From Auanema rhodensis (taxonomy: Eukaryota; Animalia; Nematoda), in NCBI GenBank assembly GCA_964057225.1, contig OZ059896.1, forward strand, positions 15,314,001-15,378,000: a stretch of 64,000 nt of DNA, read 5' to 3'. Below, one piece after another: positions 1-13,594 of the stretch. The first letter of the stretch is position 1. Each line of letters starts with the position of its first letter. A model generated the notes under the pieces. It did no database searches. It worked only from the letters and a program-made list of their open reading frames with translations, and had not been told where the DNA came from. Position numbers and translations under genes: made by a program.

Positions 1-2322
1 TTTCAGCTGTTATCAGTTTTATCTGATTATCTATTGTTGTTTGGTTTGTCGTGATAAGTACTATATATTGAATTTTGTTCTCTGTGTTCCATTCTATCCG
101 CTCTTGATATTATGATATTACTTTAACAATTTCGTCATATGGAAACAGCGCTCGTTTGGCTCTTTGCCAAAGCCCCCACCCCTTGCTCTCTGCTGCATAC
201 TCTCTATGCTTAATGCACTATTTCACTGATGACTAGGAAGCCTCACCCTCAGCAGCTGCGGAATTCAACTCTTAGCCACTTCTAAAAAATCCCAAAATTT
301 GCTTTCTATTTATTTTTTCTTTCGTTTTTGCTTCCTTCGTCGAAAATTTATGACGAAGTTGTGTAGATGTTTTGCCTATTACTTTTTGTTCGTTCAATTT
401 GGTCTGTGCATATCATCAACCAGCTTTTTAGCGTCAACTTTCGGATGTTTTCGATTTATTTCTCAACTATGAGCTAATCTCGAATATTCCAGCTGAATTA
501 GCGTTCTCTTGTGCACTTTCAGTATAGATTGTCGATCAATGTTTCTACCACTATCCAAACTGAAACTTAGTTTATGTTATGAGGCAAAAGCTTCTCATTC
601 TTTATCGACTAAAAAAAACGCGTCACTTGATTTATATGTCATTTTTATACCGATTCTTGCTATGGCATTGCTTGAAGGCTAAAGCAAAATTCAAGTATTT
701 CTTTAGTTCACAGTTGTTCTTGTCGTGCAGCTGTCATACTCAAGACGTTGGCATTGGCATGGAGATGAGAGCCAGTTGTTCTTCATCTCCTTCCGTAATA
801 CCATTTCTGTTTGAAAAATGTTTTTTATCTCTGAATGTTTGACTCTAGTCAGCTGATTTGACTTATGTTTCACAATTGAAATGCAACTTTACCGAAGGTC
901 TATATTGAAAAAGCTTCAGTGAAGGTTTCGCATTCGTCATATTTTAAAACAATGGTGTTGACGGCCAATATGAGCTTTCTTCAAAAGCAAATATCAAGCC
1001 CGTAGATTTTGTTTTAGCTCCACCGACTAAGAGGAATTATTGTTTCATGTATGAAAATTTTTTTTTAACGTTTCATTTCATATTCATATAGTTCGTAACT
1101 ACAAAGATTTTTAGTCCACCTCTTGTTTCCATATTTTCCAAATTTTGGTTTGTTTTCGTGTTTTGAATTCTCCCTGGACACTTTTGTTCACATTCTCTTT
1201 ATGTCTTATCTCTCGTCTTTCTATCTTTTACAATTTTTCCCCTTTTACTATGTATATATTTTTCTTTCTGATACTTATATGGCGTCAATGCCATCCTGTT
1301 CACTCTTCCTAGATTTACGATCTTGTCTTATCGCTCTCGGGCCATGCTCTAAGGCTATGTACTTTGCGGCGAACTAACTCTTTTAGAGTAAGATAGTAAG
1401 ATGAAAATGAGACCAATTTTCCCAGTTTATTCGTTACATTGACACGAGGTAGTTTGTCCTTTGGCCCCAACAAGATTTCATTTCTTCTGTAGACAGTATC
1501 GTTTGTCTGTTTAGCTCCGTTGCCATTAATCATTTCATTGTCTGTTCTCTGCGATTTTTTTCGTTAAGTTCATCTCTTGGAGCGATTACATTCGCCCTTC
1601 TCTTCCCTCCCACCTCTTCATTTCACGATGCCAAGGCTCCTCCTCATCGTCATCTACGTCATATCGTAGTGGTTTTGGCCCAACCTCTTCATTCCCTTTG
1701 CGAACAATTCAGTCTGCTCTATCTTTTTTCGTTTTTTTCTGTGTGGTTTATCGTTTTCTTCACTTGTTGCTTTCGCCAAACGGATAACATGAACCTAATT
1801 TTTTCATTCTCTTCAGGGGTAATTATTTGGAAGGTCCGGGACACGAATCTGTCAGGTCGTGTTTTTTGTCTTCGTTTGGTCGCCTCCCCATAGGCGATAT
1901 ATCGCACATCCAGCAACCGAGTTTCGTGTTTGACCGTTTTCTTTGTGGTGAGTTCGAGTACTACTCTTTGTATATATTGGCTTTAACCGGAAACTCATAG
2001 TTTTCTTGTCTTTATCATTTTACGCTTATGATTACTTTGATATGCATTAATAGCCTCCTCTCTTACTCATTTGTGTGATGACAACGTTGTTTTTCCTGTA
2101 CTCATTGCTTAATCACATTGGAGTTCTTATCAGAGGTCAGGCAAGTAGTCTGTTTTATGAAATCCTCGTGATTTTCTTCTGCGTAATCAGACAATCAAGC
2201 TCATTGTGTAATCATTTTGTTTCCTTAGAGTGTTTCTTTCACTTTATGGATTTCTTCTATTTCTTTGTTTTATATTTATTTCCTTTTTGCTTTAGTCTAA
2301 TAGCATATGATTCAGGTCGGAA

Positions 2323-4488
2323 ATGATTGAATCTGTAACAGCTTTTCAAGGCGAGATGCTGATCTGGCTTGCCGTCGGCTCCCTGATAGCTTTCATTCTC
2401 GCCTTCGCTATTGGAGCTAACGATACTGCTAATTCCTTTGGAACCAGCGTTGGTAGCAAGGTAAGCGTTTTATGAAGTCGGAGTTTGATGTTATTTCGTT
2501 TGGTTTAGGTGCTCACTCTTACCCAAGCTTACATTTTGGCTAGTATTTTTGAGACCATGGGAGCATGTCTACTCGGTTAGTGCAATTCCTAAAAAACTTG
2601 TCATTCAGTTTGATGTTTAGGACATAAAGTGACGGATACTATGCGAAAAGGAGTTTTAGACCTTTCCGTGTATAACAACAGTGAACGCGAACTCATGTAT
2701 GGACAGATCTCCATCCTGTCCGGTAAGCTCAGTTTTCCAAACTTGCTGAACATTGATGTTTTGTTTAGGTTGCGGAACTTGGATGTTGCTTGCAACAGCC
2801 CTGAAGCTGCCTGTCTCAACCACTCATTCGATTGTTGGAGCAACTATTGGATTTTCTCTAGTTCTGAAAGGAACTGATGGTATCCGATGGGCAAAAATTA
2901 ACAAAATTTGTGAGTTGTTGATACGATATTCTTTTGAAAAACCGAATTTCAGTCTTATCCTGGATTGTGTCCCCTCTTCTTTCCGGACTAGTTTCCATTC
3001 TTTTCTACTTAGCAATTGATCACTTTATCTTGAGAAGAGTTAGTTTTATCTATTCTTTATTGAGCTTTGAATGTGGATTTGCGACTTTTGAGTCATCTCT
3101 TCAATTTTAGAGCCGACCCCTTAACAGCGGTCTTCATATGCTTCCATTCTTGTACTTCTTATGTTTTTCCTTTAATGTTTTCGCAATAATCTATGAAGGA
3201 TCAGAATGTGAGTTATTTTTCACTCAATTATTCGAGGCTATTTCTTTATCCGAATAACAACTCCTCTTTAGTTCTTGGATTTGATAGTTTATCTCTTCAA
3301 ACTTGTCTTCTTATTGCTGGTGGAATCGGTATGTTTGCTGCCCTCGTTGTTAAGTTCTGTATTGGACCTTGGCTCAAGAAAAGCATATTAGGTAAATAAT
3401 AAAGATATATTGGCCTTCCATATCAATTTTGGATTGCGTTTCAGAGCGTGTTGATGGAGATGTCTGCAGTGGAAAGCCGTTGGTTGAAATGAATAATGGT
3501 GATGTACATAGTAAGAATATATATTTTCTGAATATTTGCCTACAATTCGATTAATTTTTCAGAAGCCGCTCTTTTGGAACTCGAAAACGGAGGATTGAAA
3601 GAGAAAGAATCTAACGGCGTTTGTCATGGTAGGTCTTCTTCTTTTTTTGTCGCGTATTTTTGAATAACATAATAATGAAAGAAAGTACTGGTTCGCTTAC
3701 TTGATGAAGAAGTTTTCTTTTTTTTTGATCCAAATATAATTCCAGCTCCAAATGTGGTTGCACCATCTTCTTCTGTCACATCTTTCTTCCGATCAACGAA
3801 ACCTGAAGATCCACAAGCTGCTCGTCTGTTTTCTCTTCTCCAGGTTATGACAGCTTGTTTCGGAGGATTTGCACATGGTGGCAATGATGTCAGGTAACAA
3901 TTGAACCTTGTTTTTTGTTTTGAAATCTTTTCATTCTTGTTTTCCGTTTTTCCAACTTCATTGTTTCAGTAACGCCATTGCTCCCCTTGTTTCTCTCGTT
4001 GTCATCTATCAGGAAGGTTCTACTGCTCAATCTCTTAGCACACCATGGTACTTACTCTTATATGGAGCCGTTGGAATGTGTATTGGACTCTGGCTTCTGG
4101 GACACCGGGTGATCTACACCGTCGGAGAAAACTTGACCAAAATTACACCACCAGGGTACGCTTTATTATGCCACAAGCCATATGTTAATGTCAATGTTTT
4201 AGTGGATTCGCCATCGAATTTGGAGCTGCTGTAACAGTTCTTGCAGCCTCGAAGTTTGGCTTGCCCATTTCTTCCACACAATGCAAGGTCGGATCTGTTG
4301 TAGCTGTGGGGCTTGTACAAGCTTCCCATTCTGTCAGATGGCATACATTCCGCAACATAAGTTTGTCATGGATTGTAACACTGCCAGTAGCAGGTAAATA
4401 GAGTCTTATACAACTATTATTATCTAATTTCTTTATAGGTGTTCTCTCAGCAGCTGTAATGTCGCTTTTCCAATTTTTCGTTTTATAA
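2323..4488 (+). CDS. pitr-1: PiT/SLC20 family Na+-phosphate cotransporter (spliced, ~13 exons)
   Basis: Exons translate to [46 protein letters not shown] (2323-2460), [84 protein letters not shown] and ...[11 protein letters not shown] (stop ends 4488). Both PiT signature motifs are present and introns are GT-AG. The pitr-1 assignment among paralogues rests partly on adjacency to egl-19. Confidence 0.92.
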
Positions 4489-7400
4489 CGAATAGCCGTG
4501 GTTTAGCACAAATTATCGAATAATCATATCCTGTTCATTTCCTCTGTTTCCTTCGAACACCCCTACAGATTTTTCCAAGATTATTGTTGATATTCTATTT
4601 GCTTTAATATGAGATTTCTCCTTTAAATATAACCTTTAATATCATAGATTATTCTTTTTTTTTCTTTTTTTCTAGATACTAGTTACTTTATTGTATCATA
4701 AGACGATTGCTCTATCTATTCTATCGCTGTCATTAAGCTGTATGAACAGGCGATGAGCAATGTTTGTTATTATTTTTTGTTGTTGGCAATTTAACAGGTT
4801 TTATTTACGTTAATACGGTACAGGTTGAGCAATTGTTATAGTTTCTTCTATATCCGTAGGCAGACTTGACGACGAACGTGCGTGATGTCTGATTTCACAA
4901 CATGATTCTTGAATATTAGACAAGCCTTCCTTTCATGATCATTTGTTGTTAGATCGTATATTCGTACTTCTATCACCCATCTATCCATTCTATATACAAT
5001 ATCTACCTACCTAAAAGAAAAAAACCAATACATGAATACATCTTTTACTTCTCCCCCTTTTATCACAATTTCAGGCCTCCTACTACGTTGTTAGATTTTT
5101 CATCCTATCACTCTTTCAATATTTTTTTCCATATTTGCGAGTTTTCTGTCATATGTGTCTGCCAAATTTGCATGTGAAACGACGTTCGAAAGTGTTAATA
5201 AAAAATTTGGCGGCTTTTTTGTGCAGTTTCTCTACAAACAAGTTGGTTAGCTTGCTAGAAGACATACATAACACATACATACACACACAACTGTTCGAGG
5301 CAGTACTCGTGTTGTTTTTTTGAATTATCTTGCAAAAGCGTTTGGAGTTGAAGGAAATCCGTCTGAGTGCATGCACGCAAGCACGCAGCATGCTGGTTGT
5401 AAAGTTTTCATTTTTAATTTCAATTACAAGCAGATGCTACACGTGCAGAAAGTGATATTGAAATATTTTAAGGAAACTATATTCAATATTTCTATCGTAT
5501 CACGTCATCTCTTTCTTAACATCATTTTGCGAACAAAGTTTTGATAAGGTTAGCGAAAGATTCTGCTGTGAAAATGATTGATCATCGTAGTTTGTATAGG
5601 CAGGCTGTCTACGACATCGGTCTTGCTGTCCAAGATGCGACAAAGGAGGCCGTTGCAAGTCATTCATACGGTAATCTCAATTAAATTCTTTTTTGTTTCA
5701 CTAACGATGCTGATTGTATCTATTATATGTACTATTTAAACAAAAAACGGGAAAGCTAAGACATTGGCTGTCTGCATGTGCTGGTGTGTATGTATGCCTG
5801 ACTGTATCTTTGATCATTAAGGTCGAAATGTTATAGAAGAAGCTACAATATGATGAGTTCTATGATTTTGTGTGGGATGATCGCTTCAGACGACATTTAA
5901 CACTTAGAAAAAAAGAAAAACATCCATAACATTTGAAATATTTGTCATGAATCCATTAAGAGTTAAAGGGATACAATTTTTGCTCTCTTGAAACTTACAT
6001 TAGACCGGGGATCGGCCATTGGCGTTTGAACTTTTAGTACTCACTTCAATACTAAGTTTTTAAAATGCCTATACAGTTCATATTATCTTAGGAAAATACC
6101 GGAAATACCTGTTAGGCTATATACTATATGTATAGAATGTGCCATCAACATATGATTGTGAGCATAGTCATGACCAAATCACATGGGTCTGTACCAGTTT
6201 TTTCTTTTCCTTCTTCCCCCTCCACTAGAGATAATTCCACAATGATCTATCTAATCAGGAGACGAAAAATTAAAATTGAATGATAAAATTTTATTTTCTC
6301 ACTTGAGATTATAACACTCACGAGATTTCTGAAAATAAAATATAAATTATACAGCGATCTTCGTCAACAGTGTGTTTCATATTTAAAACACACAAATGCT
6401 TGCATATACACTCACTCATATGTATATTATTCATTTTGCTAAATAGAAATTCAACTATTCAATCAAATTGTAATATATTATTAATATTATTATTATTATA
6501 ACATAATAAAATAATTTTATAATCGATAAAAATAGATTTTTTCGGGAAAATTTATATTTTATATGTGTCTATAGCATCATAAAGCGTTTTTTAGGCTTTT
6601 AAAGTTAGGCTATTTGAACAAAAATTAATATGCTTATACAAATAGTTTATGCTCGTATTTACAACTTGAATAACTTTTACTACTTGTCGGAAAAATAAAA
6701 AGATTGACTTAGTATATATACTAAACTAGAATAGCTGATGAAAATTCAACCTTATTTACATTAAATTCGAATAAATTATATGAATTATGACGTTTCACGT
6801 GAGAAACGTGACAACACGTGTAGGTGAGTAATTAGCATAAGTGGTACAATTGGATTTCAATTCGAATTAAAGGTGAGCGTCGTAAAATGAGCTTTATGCC
6901 ATATAGATTAAATGAAAATAAGAGATTTAGAGATAAAAAAGTTAAAAGAGCAAAGAGAGGGGGGAGGGGGTGGAAGAGCCACTCCAAGATATGAGCCCTG
7001 CATCACAGTTTCCCGAAATACGGCTGTTTGCGTTCTAGAAGTTGATGAACGACAGAAGAAGATGATGATGGTGATGGTGAAGATGAAAATGAAGATGCAG
7101 CAGAGCTAAAAGAGTAGAAGGAGAGATATCGCTGGAGAGTGAAAAGGTAGAACGTCAGTGTGATGAAGAATACTGAAGAAATAGAAGAGATAAAGGTAGT
7201 CTGAGAAAGTATAGCAACTATTGGTCAATTGAAAAGCGAACCGTCGGAGAAGAAGCATCCGTGATGCTCAATCTCCGAGTAGCGACAGATAGTTCGCACT
7301 CATCTTGCAACTACTTCTAAGTAGAAATTTCCTTTCGCAAAGGAATTAATAAGTATTTCTATGTTTCTTTCTACTGAGAAAAATTTTCTTATTTTCCTTA

Positions 7401-7770
7401 TGTTTTTCCTTGTATCTTTGAAATTTTAATCCAGACAGTAACTTTAATGAAATAATTTGATTATTATGTTTTGCAATTTATAAATTAATTCAGAGATTAT
7501 TGAGTAGAACGAAATCATTCTTTCCAACTATTTACAGAAAAAACTTTTTCTTGTTATCCTTTAACTAAAATTAATTATCTATTGATCAATTATTAAGTTT
7601 TTTTGATAATTGAAGGTTTATATGCCAATTATTTGATTGAAAAATAAATTCATTAACTAAGTATTTTTAAATTATATAGTTAAGAGTTTGTTATAATTAA
7701 TTAGAAAATCAAATTATTATAACATTTTGTAGTTATCTAACTGATTCAGTTATTTAGAAAGATTGATAGA

Positions 7771-7810
<40 letters not shown>

Positions 7811-9528
7811 AAACGAGAGAGAGTAAAATAGGTTTCGAAAGAGTTGAACGAGTCTAGTAACTGTCGTAATTTCCCTCGACTAGGGAATCAGTGTTCATTG
7901 AAAATTGAAGTTCTAGTGGGTACTGTTAGCACTGCTCAGCACATCTGTTCAAACACTTGGGGGGGATTTTTCAGAATTCATAAAAGTTGATGAGGATGTT
8001 AGCTAGTAGTAGTGGGAAAAATAGCTGAAGTTAGAAATGCAACAAAAGCATATTGGAAGGTCAGGGTGAAAGGTCCGTCGATATATATCATAGTCAGAAG
8101 AGTGTTTCATGAATTTTTCCTTAAGGCTGTTCTTCCTTTTGTTCTTGTTGTTTCTGTTTAGACAAATTGATTCAAAACATTTTTCATATACGTACACGTT
8201 CATAGTTCGCGATTCGCAGAATTTGCAAATTTTGAAGCTTTGATCCCAGTCATATGTACTATGAACTTAAGCTGGAACTTCTTCATCTTTCTTGAACAAT
8301 CACAGGGTCTTCAAGTTTCATTTGGAGTCTCTTTACCCGCTATAACAAACGATTAATCTCTTTGTAACGTATTCTCTAGTATTTCACTTCAAAAGAATAG
8401 GAAAACCTATTTCTAGTGACTGTAAGCAATGCTCAAGAAGTCAATCAGATAACGAGTAGACACAACGACTTCACGTGCTTCTTCACAGAACTGAATGTTT
8501 TTCCGCGCGAAAATCTTGAGTGTTTCCGTCTGCATCTTCTTGACTGGATTGTGAGTGTATAGAGGAGAGTTGACGTCTTAAGCATATACTATATTTAAAA
8601 TTTTTGTGCAAAATTAAATGTTTTCCCTCTGCACAAATCTGAATGACTTTTGTTTTGTCAAAAAAACCTTAGGACGAATATTCTACATAAGTATCAAAGT
8701 TAGGACGTTGTTGCATGACTTTTTCTTTCTGGTTTATATGCCCTTGTGATGTCTCAAGACGCAAACTGTCCTTAATGTGTTGTGCATGTGGATGAGGTAA
8801 AGCGAGAAACAGCTTAACTGATGGCTATTTGTGAAGAGGATTGAGATCTTTCGATGAGAGGTTAACCTTTGAAGAGAATTGTTTGAAAAACTAATTACTC
8901 TGATTAATTTTTAAAAAGGTTTTCTTTTTCTTAACAAAAACCTTCAAAATACTGTTTTTCTGTGTTTTATCACAAATATTATACAATCTAGGGAAGCATA
9001 CCTTTTATAATCTTGATATCTAATCAATCATTTTCGACAAACAAAAAATTAAGTCTGTATTTTTATTTCAGTTCATAGTCACAAATAACATATACATGAA
9101 GCTTAAGTGAGATAAATAACCGTAAAAGCTCACATGTGTGACAACTATGTTTATGAGATATGGAACACATGCTTTCCTATAATTCGTGAATCGAAGCAGA
9201 TTTTGCTAAAACTCTGAAACCTGTGTTATATAAAGAGATAGCTTGAGAAAACAATAGTTTGCAAAAAAGAGAGAGAGAGAAAGAGAGAGAGAGGGAAGGA
9301 GGGAGGGCGAGAGGGAGACAACGGCAAAAAGTATAAAGGTCAAAAGCATCTCTAAACATTTTTCCTTGAAAACAAATTTTTTCATTAAATTACTTGAACA
9401 TATCTCTTTCTGTACCTAATCGTCTTTTTCTTCTTTTATTCATAAATATTTAATTTTATTCTTCACCTAAGCCAATCGTATGAGATTTAAAGAGAAAAAA
9501 AATAATATTTTCGTCTAATGAAGATAAA

Positions 9529-9530
<2 letters not shown>

Positions 9531-9590
<60 letters not shown>
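9531..9590. repeat. (GA)n microsatellite
   Basis: Seen directly. Confidence 0.95.
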
Positions 9591-9591
<1 letters not shown>

Positions 9592-10003
9592 AAGAGAAAG
9601 AGAAGGGGATGGAGGGAGAAGAAGATCATTTTCGTATCCATATTTGAGTTTTTGTCCAAAGACATTTTGCCTTTCTACCATCAACATGATCTATCTCATG
9701 AATAAATTATATTTTAGAACTACAAAGATAGGAAAAAGGAGTATTAAGAGATGAAGATGTGAAAATGCATCATTTGAAATGAAAAAGGGAATATGGATGT
9801 ATTCTCTTGATATTGATTCATCCAACTAATGACTCTTCTTTATATTTCTTTTTTTTTAATTTGACTGCTTTAACACATCTCATACATACATATACGCAGA
9901 CACATTTTCAGTTTTAATCTTGCAATTGTTGTTCTGTTCTTTCTATTTATGGTGCCTGCTATATAGTTGGTCTAGACTTTCAGTACTATTTGATCAGCTA
10001 TGT

Positions 10004-10075
10004 GGGGGTATAGCTCAGGGGTAGAGCGCTCGCTTTGCATGCGAGAAGTCTGGGGTTCGATTCCCCATACCTCCA
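10004..10075 (+). tRNA. tRNA-Ala(UGC), copy 1
   Basis: 72-nt cloverleaf GGGGGTATAGCTCAGGGGTAGAGCGCTCGCTTTGCATGCGAGAAGTCTGGGGTTCGATTCCCCATACCTCCA. Anticodon TGC, G3:U70 alanine identity pair, A box and B box (GGTTCGATTCC), T5 run just downstream. Confidence 0.98.
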
Positions 10076-10080
10076 GTTAC

Positions 10081-10085
10081 TTTTT
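10081..10085 (+). terminator. Pol III oligo(dT) terminator of tRNA copy 1 (repeated after each copy)
   Basis: TTTTT begins 5 nt after the discriminator base. Confidence 0.8.
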
Positions 10086-10297
10086 GGATTGTTTGGAAAT
10101 GTGATAAGCGGCGTTTCATAGATCCAACTTTTTATCTGTTTTGGGCCATAAAACTTTGTTTATAATCATTGCTGATTCCACCTTTTCACATTCTACATTC
10201 GTTTGTTCCGTTTTTTTTATTTTAGTTTCAAAAAAGTTTTCAACCTAGGTAAGTTAGCTTCAAAACTTCCATGAGATAGCATTGATTTGAAATGCAT

Positions 10298-10369
10298 GGG
10301 GGTATAGCTCAGGGGTAGAGCGCTCGCTTTGCATGCGAGAAGTCTGGGGTTCGATTCCCCATACCTCCA
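10298..10369 (+). tRNA. tRNA-Ala(UGC), copy 2
   Basis: Identical to copy 1, 294 bp downstream. Confidence 0.98.
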
Positions 10370-10591
10370 GTAACTTTTTGGATTGTTGGGAAATGTGATA
10401 AGCGGCGTTTCATAGATCCAACTTTTTATCTGTTTTGGGCCATAAAACTTTGTTTATAATCATTGCTGATTCCACCTTTTCACATTTTACATTCGTTTAT
10501 TCCGTTTTTTTGATTTTAGTTCCAAAAAAGTTTTCAACCTAGGTAAGTTAGCTCCAGAACTTCCATGAGATAGCATTGATATGAAATGCAT

Positions 10592-10663
10592 GGGGGTATA
10601 GCTCAGGGGTAGAGCGCTCGCTTTGCATGCGAGAAGTCTGGGGTTCGATTCCCCATACCTCCA
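10592..10663 (+). tRNA. tRNA-Ala(UGC), copy 3
   Basis: Identical to copy 1. Confidence 0.98.
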
Positions 10664-10885
10664 GTAACTTTTTGGATTGTTGGGAAATGTGATAAGCGGC
10701 GTTTCATAGATCCAACTTTTTATCTGTTTTGGGCCATAAAACTTTGTTTATAATCATTGCTGATTCCACCTTTTCACATTTTACATTCGTTTATTCCGTT
10801 TTTTTGATTTTAGTTCCAAAAAAGTTTTCAACCTAGGTAAGTTAGCTCCAGAACTTCCATGAGATAGCATTGATACAAAATGCAT

Positions 10886-10957
10886 GGGGGTATAGCTCAG
10901 GGGTAGAGCGCTCGCTTTGCATGCGAGAAGTCTGGGGTTCGATTCCCCATACCTCCA
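10886..10957 (+). tRNA. tRNA-Ala(UGC), copy 4
   Basis: Identical to copy 1. Confidence 0.98.
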
Positions 10958-11179
10958 GTAACTTTTTGGATTGTTGGGAAATGTGATAAGCGGCGTTTCA
11001 TGGATCCAACTTTTTATCTGTTTTGGGCCATAAAACTTTGTTTATAATCATTGCTGATTCCACCTTTTCACATTTTACATTCGTTTATTCCGTTTTTTTG
11101 ATTTTAGTTCCAAAAAAGTTTTCAACCTAGGTAAGTTAGCTCCAGAACTTCCATGAGATAGCATTCATATGAAATGCAT

Positions 11180-11251
11180 GGGGGTATAGCTCAGGGGTAG
11201 AGCGCTCGCTTTGCATGCGAGAAGTCTGGGGTTCGATTCCCCATACCTCCA
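11180..11251 (+). tRNA. tRNA-Ala(UGC), copy 5
   Basis: Identical to copy 1. Confidence 0.98.
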
Positions 11252-11473
11252 GTAACTTTTTGGATTGTTGGGAAATGTGATAAGCGGCGTTTCATAGATC
11301 CAACTTTTTATCTGTTTTGGGCCATAAAACTTTGTTTATAATCATTGCTGATTCCACCTTTTCACATTTTACATTCGTTTATTCCGTTTTTTTGATTTTA
11401 GTTCCAAAAAAGTTTTCAACCTAGGTAAGTTAGCTTCAAAACTTCCATGAGATAGCATTGATATGAAATGCAT

Positions 11474-11545
11474 GGGGGTATAGCTCAGGGGTAGAGCGCT
11501 CGCTTTGCATGCGAGAAGTCTGGGGTTCGATTCCCCATACCTCCA
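11474..11545 (+). tRNA. tRNA-Ala(UGC), copy 6
   Basis: Identical to copy 1. Confidence 0.98.
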
Positions 11546-13533
11546 GTTACTTTTTGGATTTTTGGGAAATGTGATAAGCGGCGTTTCATAGATCCAACTT
11601 TTTATCTGTTTTGGGCTATAAAACTTTGTTTATAATCATTGCTGATTCCACCTTTTCATATTCGTTTATTTCATTTTTTGATTTTAGTTTCAAAAGATTT
11701 CCAGAGCTTTTTGAGCTTTTCTTTTACAATTGTATCACGTTGTTATTCTCCGGAACCTTACGACAATTCAAACAACAATAGAAGCTCAGCTACGTTACTC
11801 GCTTACTCTTAACCTTCTCCGCCAACTTCGCATGTTTCTTTTCTGCTACTACAATAGACAAACACACGAACACTAAAAAACAAAATTGAAAGAAATCTAA
11901 CAGCCCCGAGGCAAGACGTGCCAGCCGAGAATCGGGAGAGGAACTTCCACTCTTGATGGACATATTCGGACAAAAGCAAATTCTCATCTTCGTTCATCCT
12001 GCTAGCCTTGTGTCACTCTATCTCCCTTCCTCCTTTTCCCAAACTCTCTCTTTCTCTATATTCCTCCTACTCCGTCACTTCTAGTTTCTTTTTGCCTTCG
12101 AAAAGCTCCATATCCGATTATTTCATGTCATCAAGATCACATTCATTAATCAAGTTATTCAAAAGTATGTTCAAATAATATGAACTTGTTTTCGAAATGA
12201 ATAACTGGAAAAGATATTTTTGAATCGTCTAGCTTGAAATATTTAAGCTACAACTCTAACATAAACCCATGACTAAATAAGAAGAGTCACTCAGTCAGTC
12301 CACCGAATATTACAAGGTCATAGCCATTAAATCTGCAACAGATATACTAAGTCACAACGCAGAAGAGCGTTCCGGATTCTTCTCAGTCACTTTATGCCAT
12401 TGGTCAAGACGATGAGATGATTTGGCTTTGTAATCTTCTCGTGTTAGTCGTTCGTGACACCGTTTTCCGGAATTTAAATTTTTGACAACGGACTAGGAGA
12501 AATGAAAATGAGATAATTAGATTGAATAGCCCAATCAGCTTGTACTTCTTTTGTATTTACATATTTAATTCATTATATATAGATATACATATACATATAG
12601 AATATTGAATCAAAAAAAAATTTTGAACATGAGTTGCAGAGGGTAGTTCTTTCTAATATTCGTACTTATAACCAAAGGTTACTCTAATCCTGACCCATTC
12701 ATCCGTTCCTTTTATTTCGTATGTCTGTATTCTCTTTCATCTCTATCTATCAGTTACTCCCAATACTATCTATCTATTTCTCTAAGGTTCAGTCCTTCTT
12801 CATTCAAAGCTTTTGCTATACCCCTCTTCACCGAACTCTTGGCTCTCAGATATTTCTCTCATTCAATCACTCCCTCTCATTCCTCTTCTGTTATCCCTTA
12901 TCTGAATAAACTGTGGGGATGTGTATGTGTGAGTGTGTATGTTACCCACTAACCCAAGCTTACCGCAACCACCCGGAATATATGTGACAGCTGCTCTATC
13001 CTCGACTGTGTGAATGTGTTGTTGTGGAAAATTTCGTTCTTGCTCCACCTCTTATCCCTATTTTCTTTTAATCACTAACAATGAAAATCATAAAATACTC
13101 AGTTTGTTTATAAACGGAGGTCAATGAGAAAGATGATGATGATAGCCGAAGTAACAAGAAGAGAATATTCCGATACCGTTCAAGCGCACGTGAAAGTTCA
13201 CGCGAACGAACTAATTTTGGATGAAGTGGCTCAGGCGAACGGTTGTTCGTTTGTCGTGTCAGCGTGTCGTGCTAACTTCTCAAAGCTCATTGAAATTCAT
13301 TTTCGTTTTCTTTTCGATATTTCGCATCTTGCTTAGAGTGTTCGGTTTCCAATTGCCCTAGTTTGTGCAGATTGTCTCTCTGCAGCCTCGGAGCTAGGTA
13401 CAGATTTTTCTATGTTTCTCTTAAATTCTTTGAAAGCAGACTGGAAAGCTGAGAACAGCTGCATTTCTCCTACGGCATAGGTTTTCTTCTTCAATATCCT
13501 TTTCTCTTCCTGCTGCCTTTCTTTATCCATCTT

Positions 13534-13535
13534 TC

Positions 13536-13591
<56 letters not shown>
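13534..13591. repeat. (TC)n microsatellite
   Basis: Seen directly. Confidence 0.95.

Positions 13592-13594
<3 letters not shown>

Larger units (their letters stand above)
10003..11695 (+). repeat. 294-bp tandem repeat (tRNA-Ala + 222-bp spacer), five full units plus a partial sixth
   Basis: tRNA starts at 10004, 10298, 10592, 10886, 11180 and 11474. Spacers are near-identical with scattered substitutions. Confidence 0.98.

Noticed and set aside
6111-6612. TTAGGC telomere-like hexamers
   Set aside because: Isolated single copies, with no tandem array or breakage-site palindrome evident.
7158-7204. C/D-box-like GTGATGA...CTGA
   Set aside because: Too short (~45 nt), with no terminal stem or recognisable rRNA guide.
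10298-10591. 294-bp period equals twice the 147-bp nucleosome core
   Set aside because: Real dinucleosome spacing includes linkers and active tRNA genes are nucleosome-depleted, so this is numerology without data.
10003-11695. Repeat-spacer pattern resembling a CRISPR array
   Set aside because: The repeats are complete tRNA genes and the spacers are near-identical to each other. The context is eukaryotic with no cas genes.
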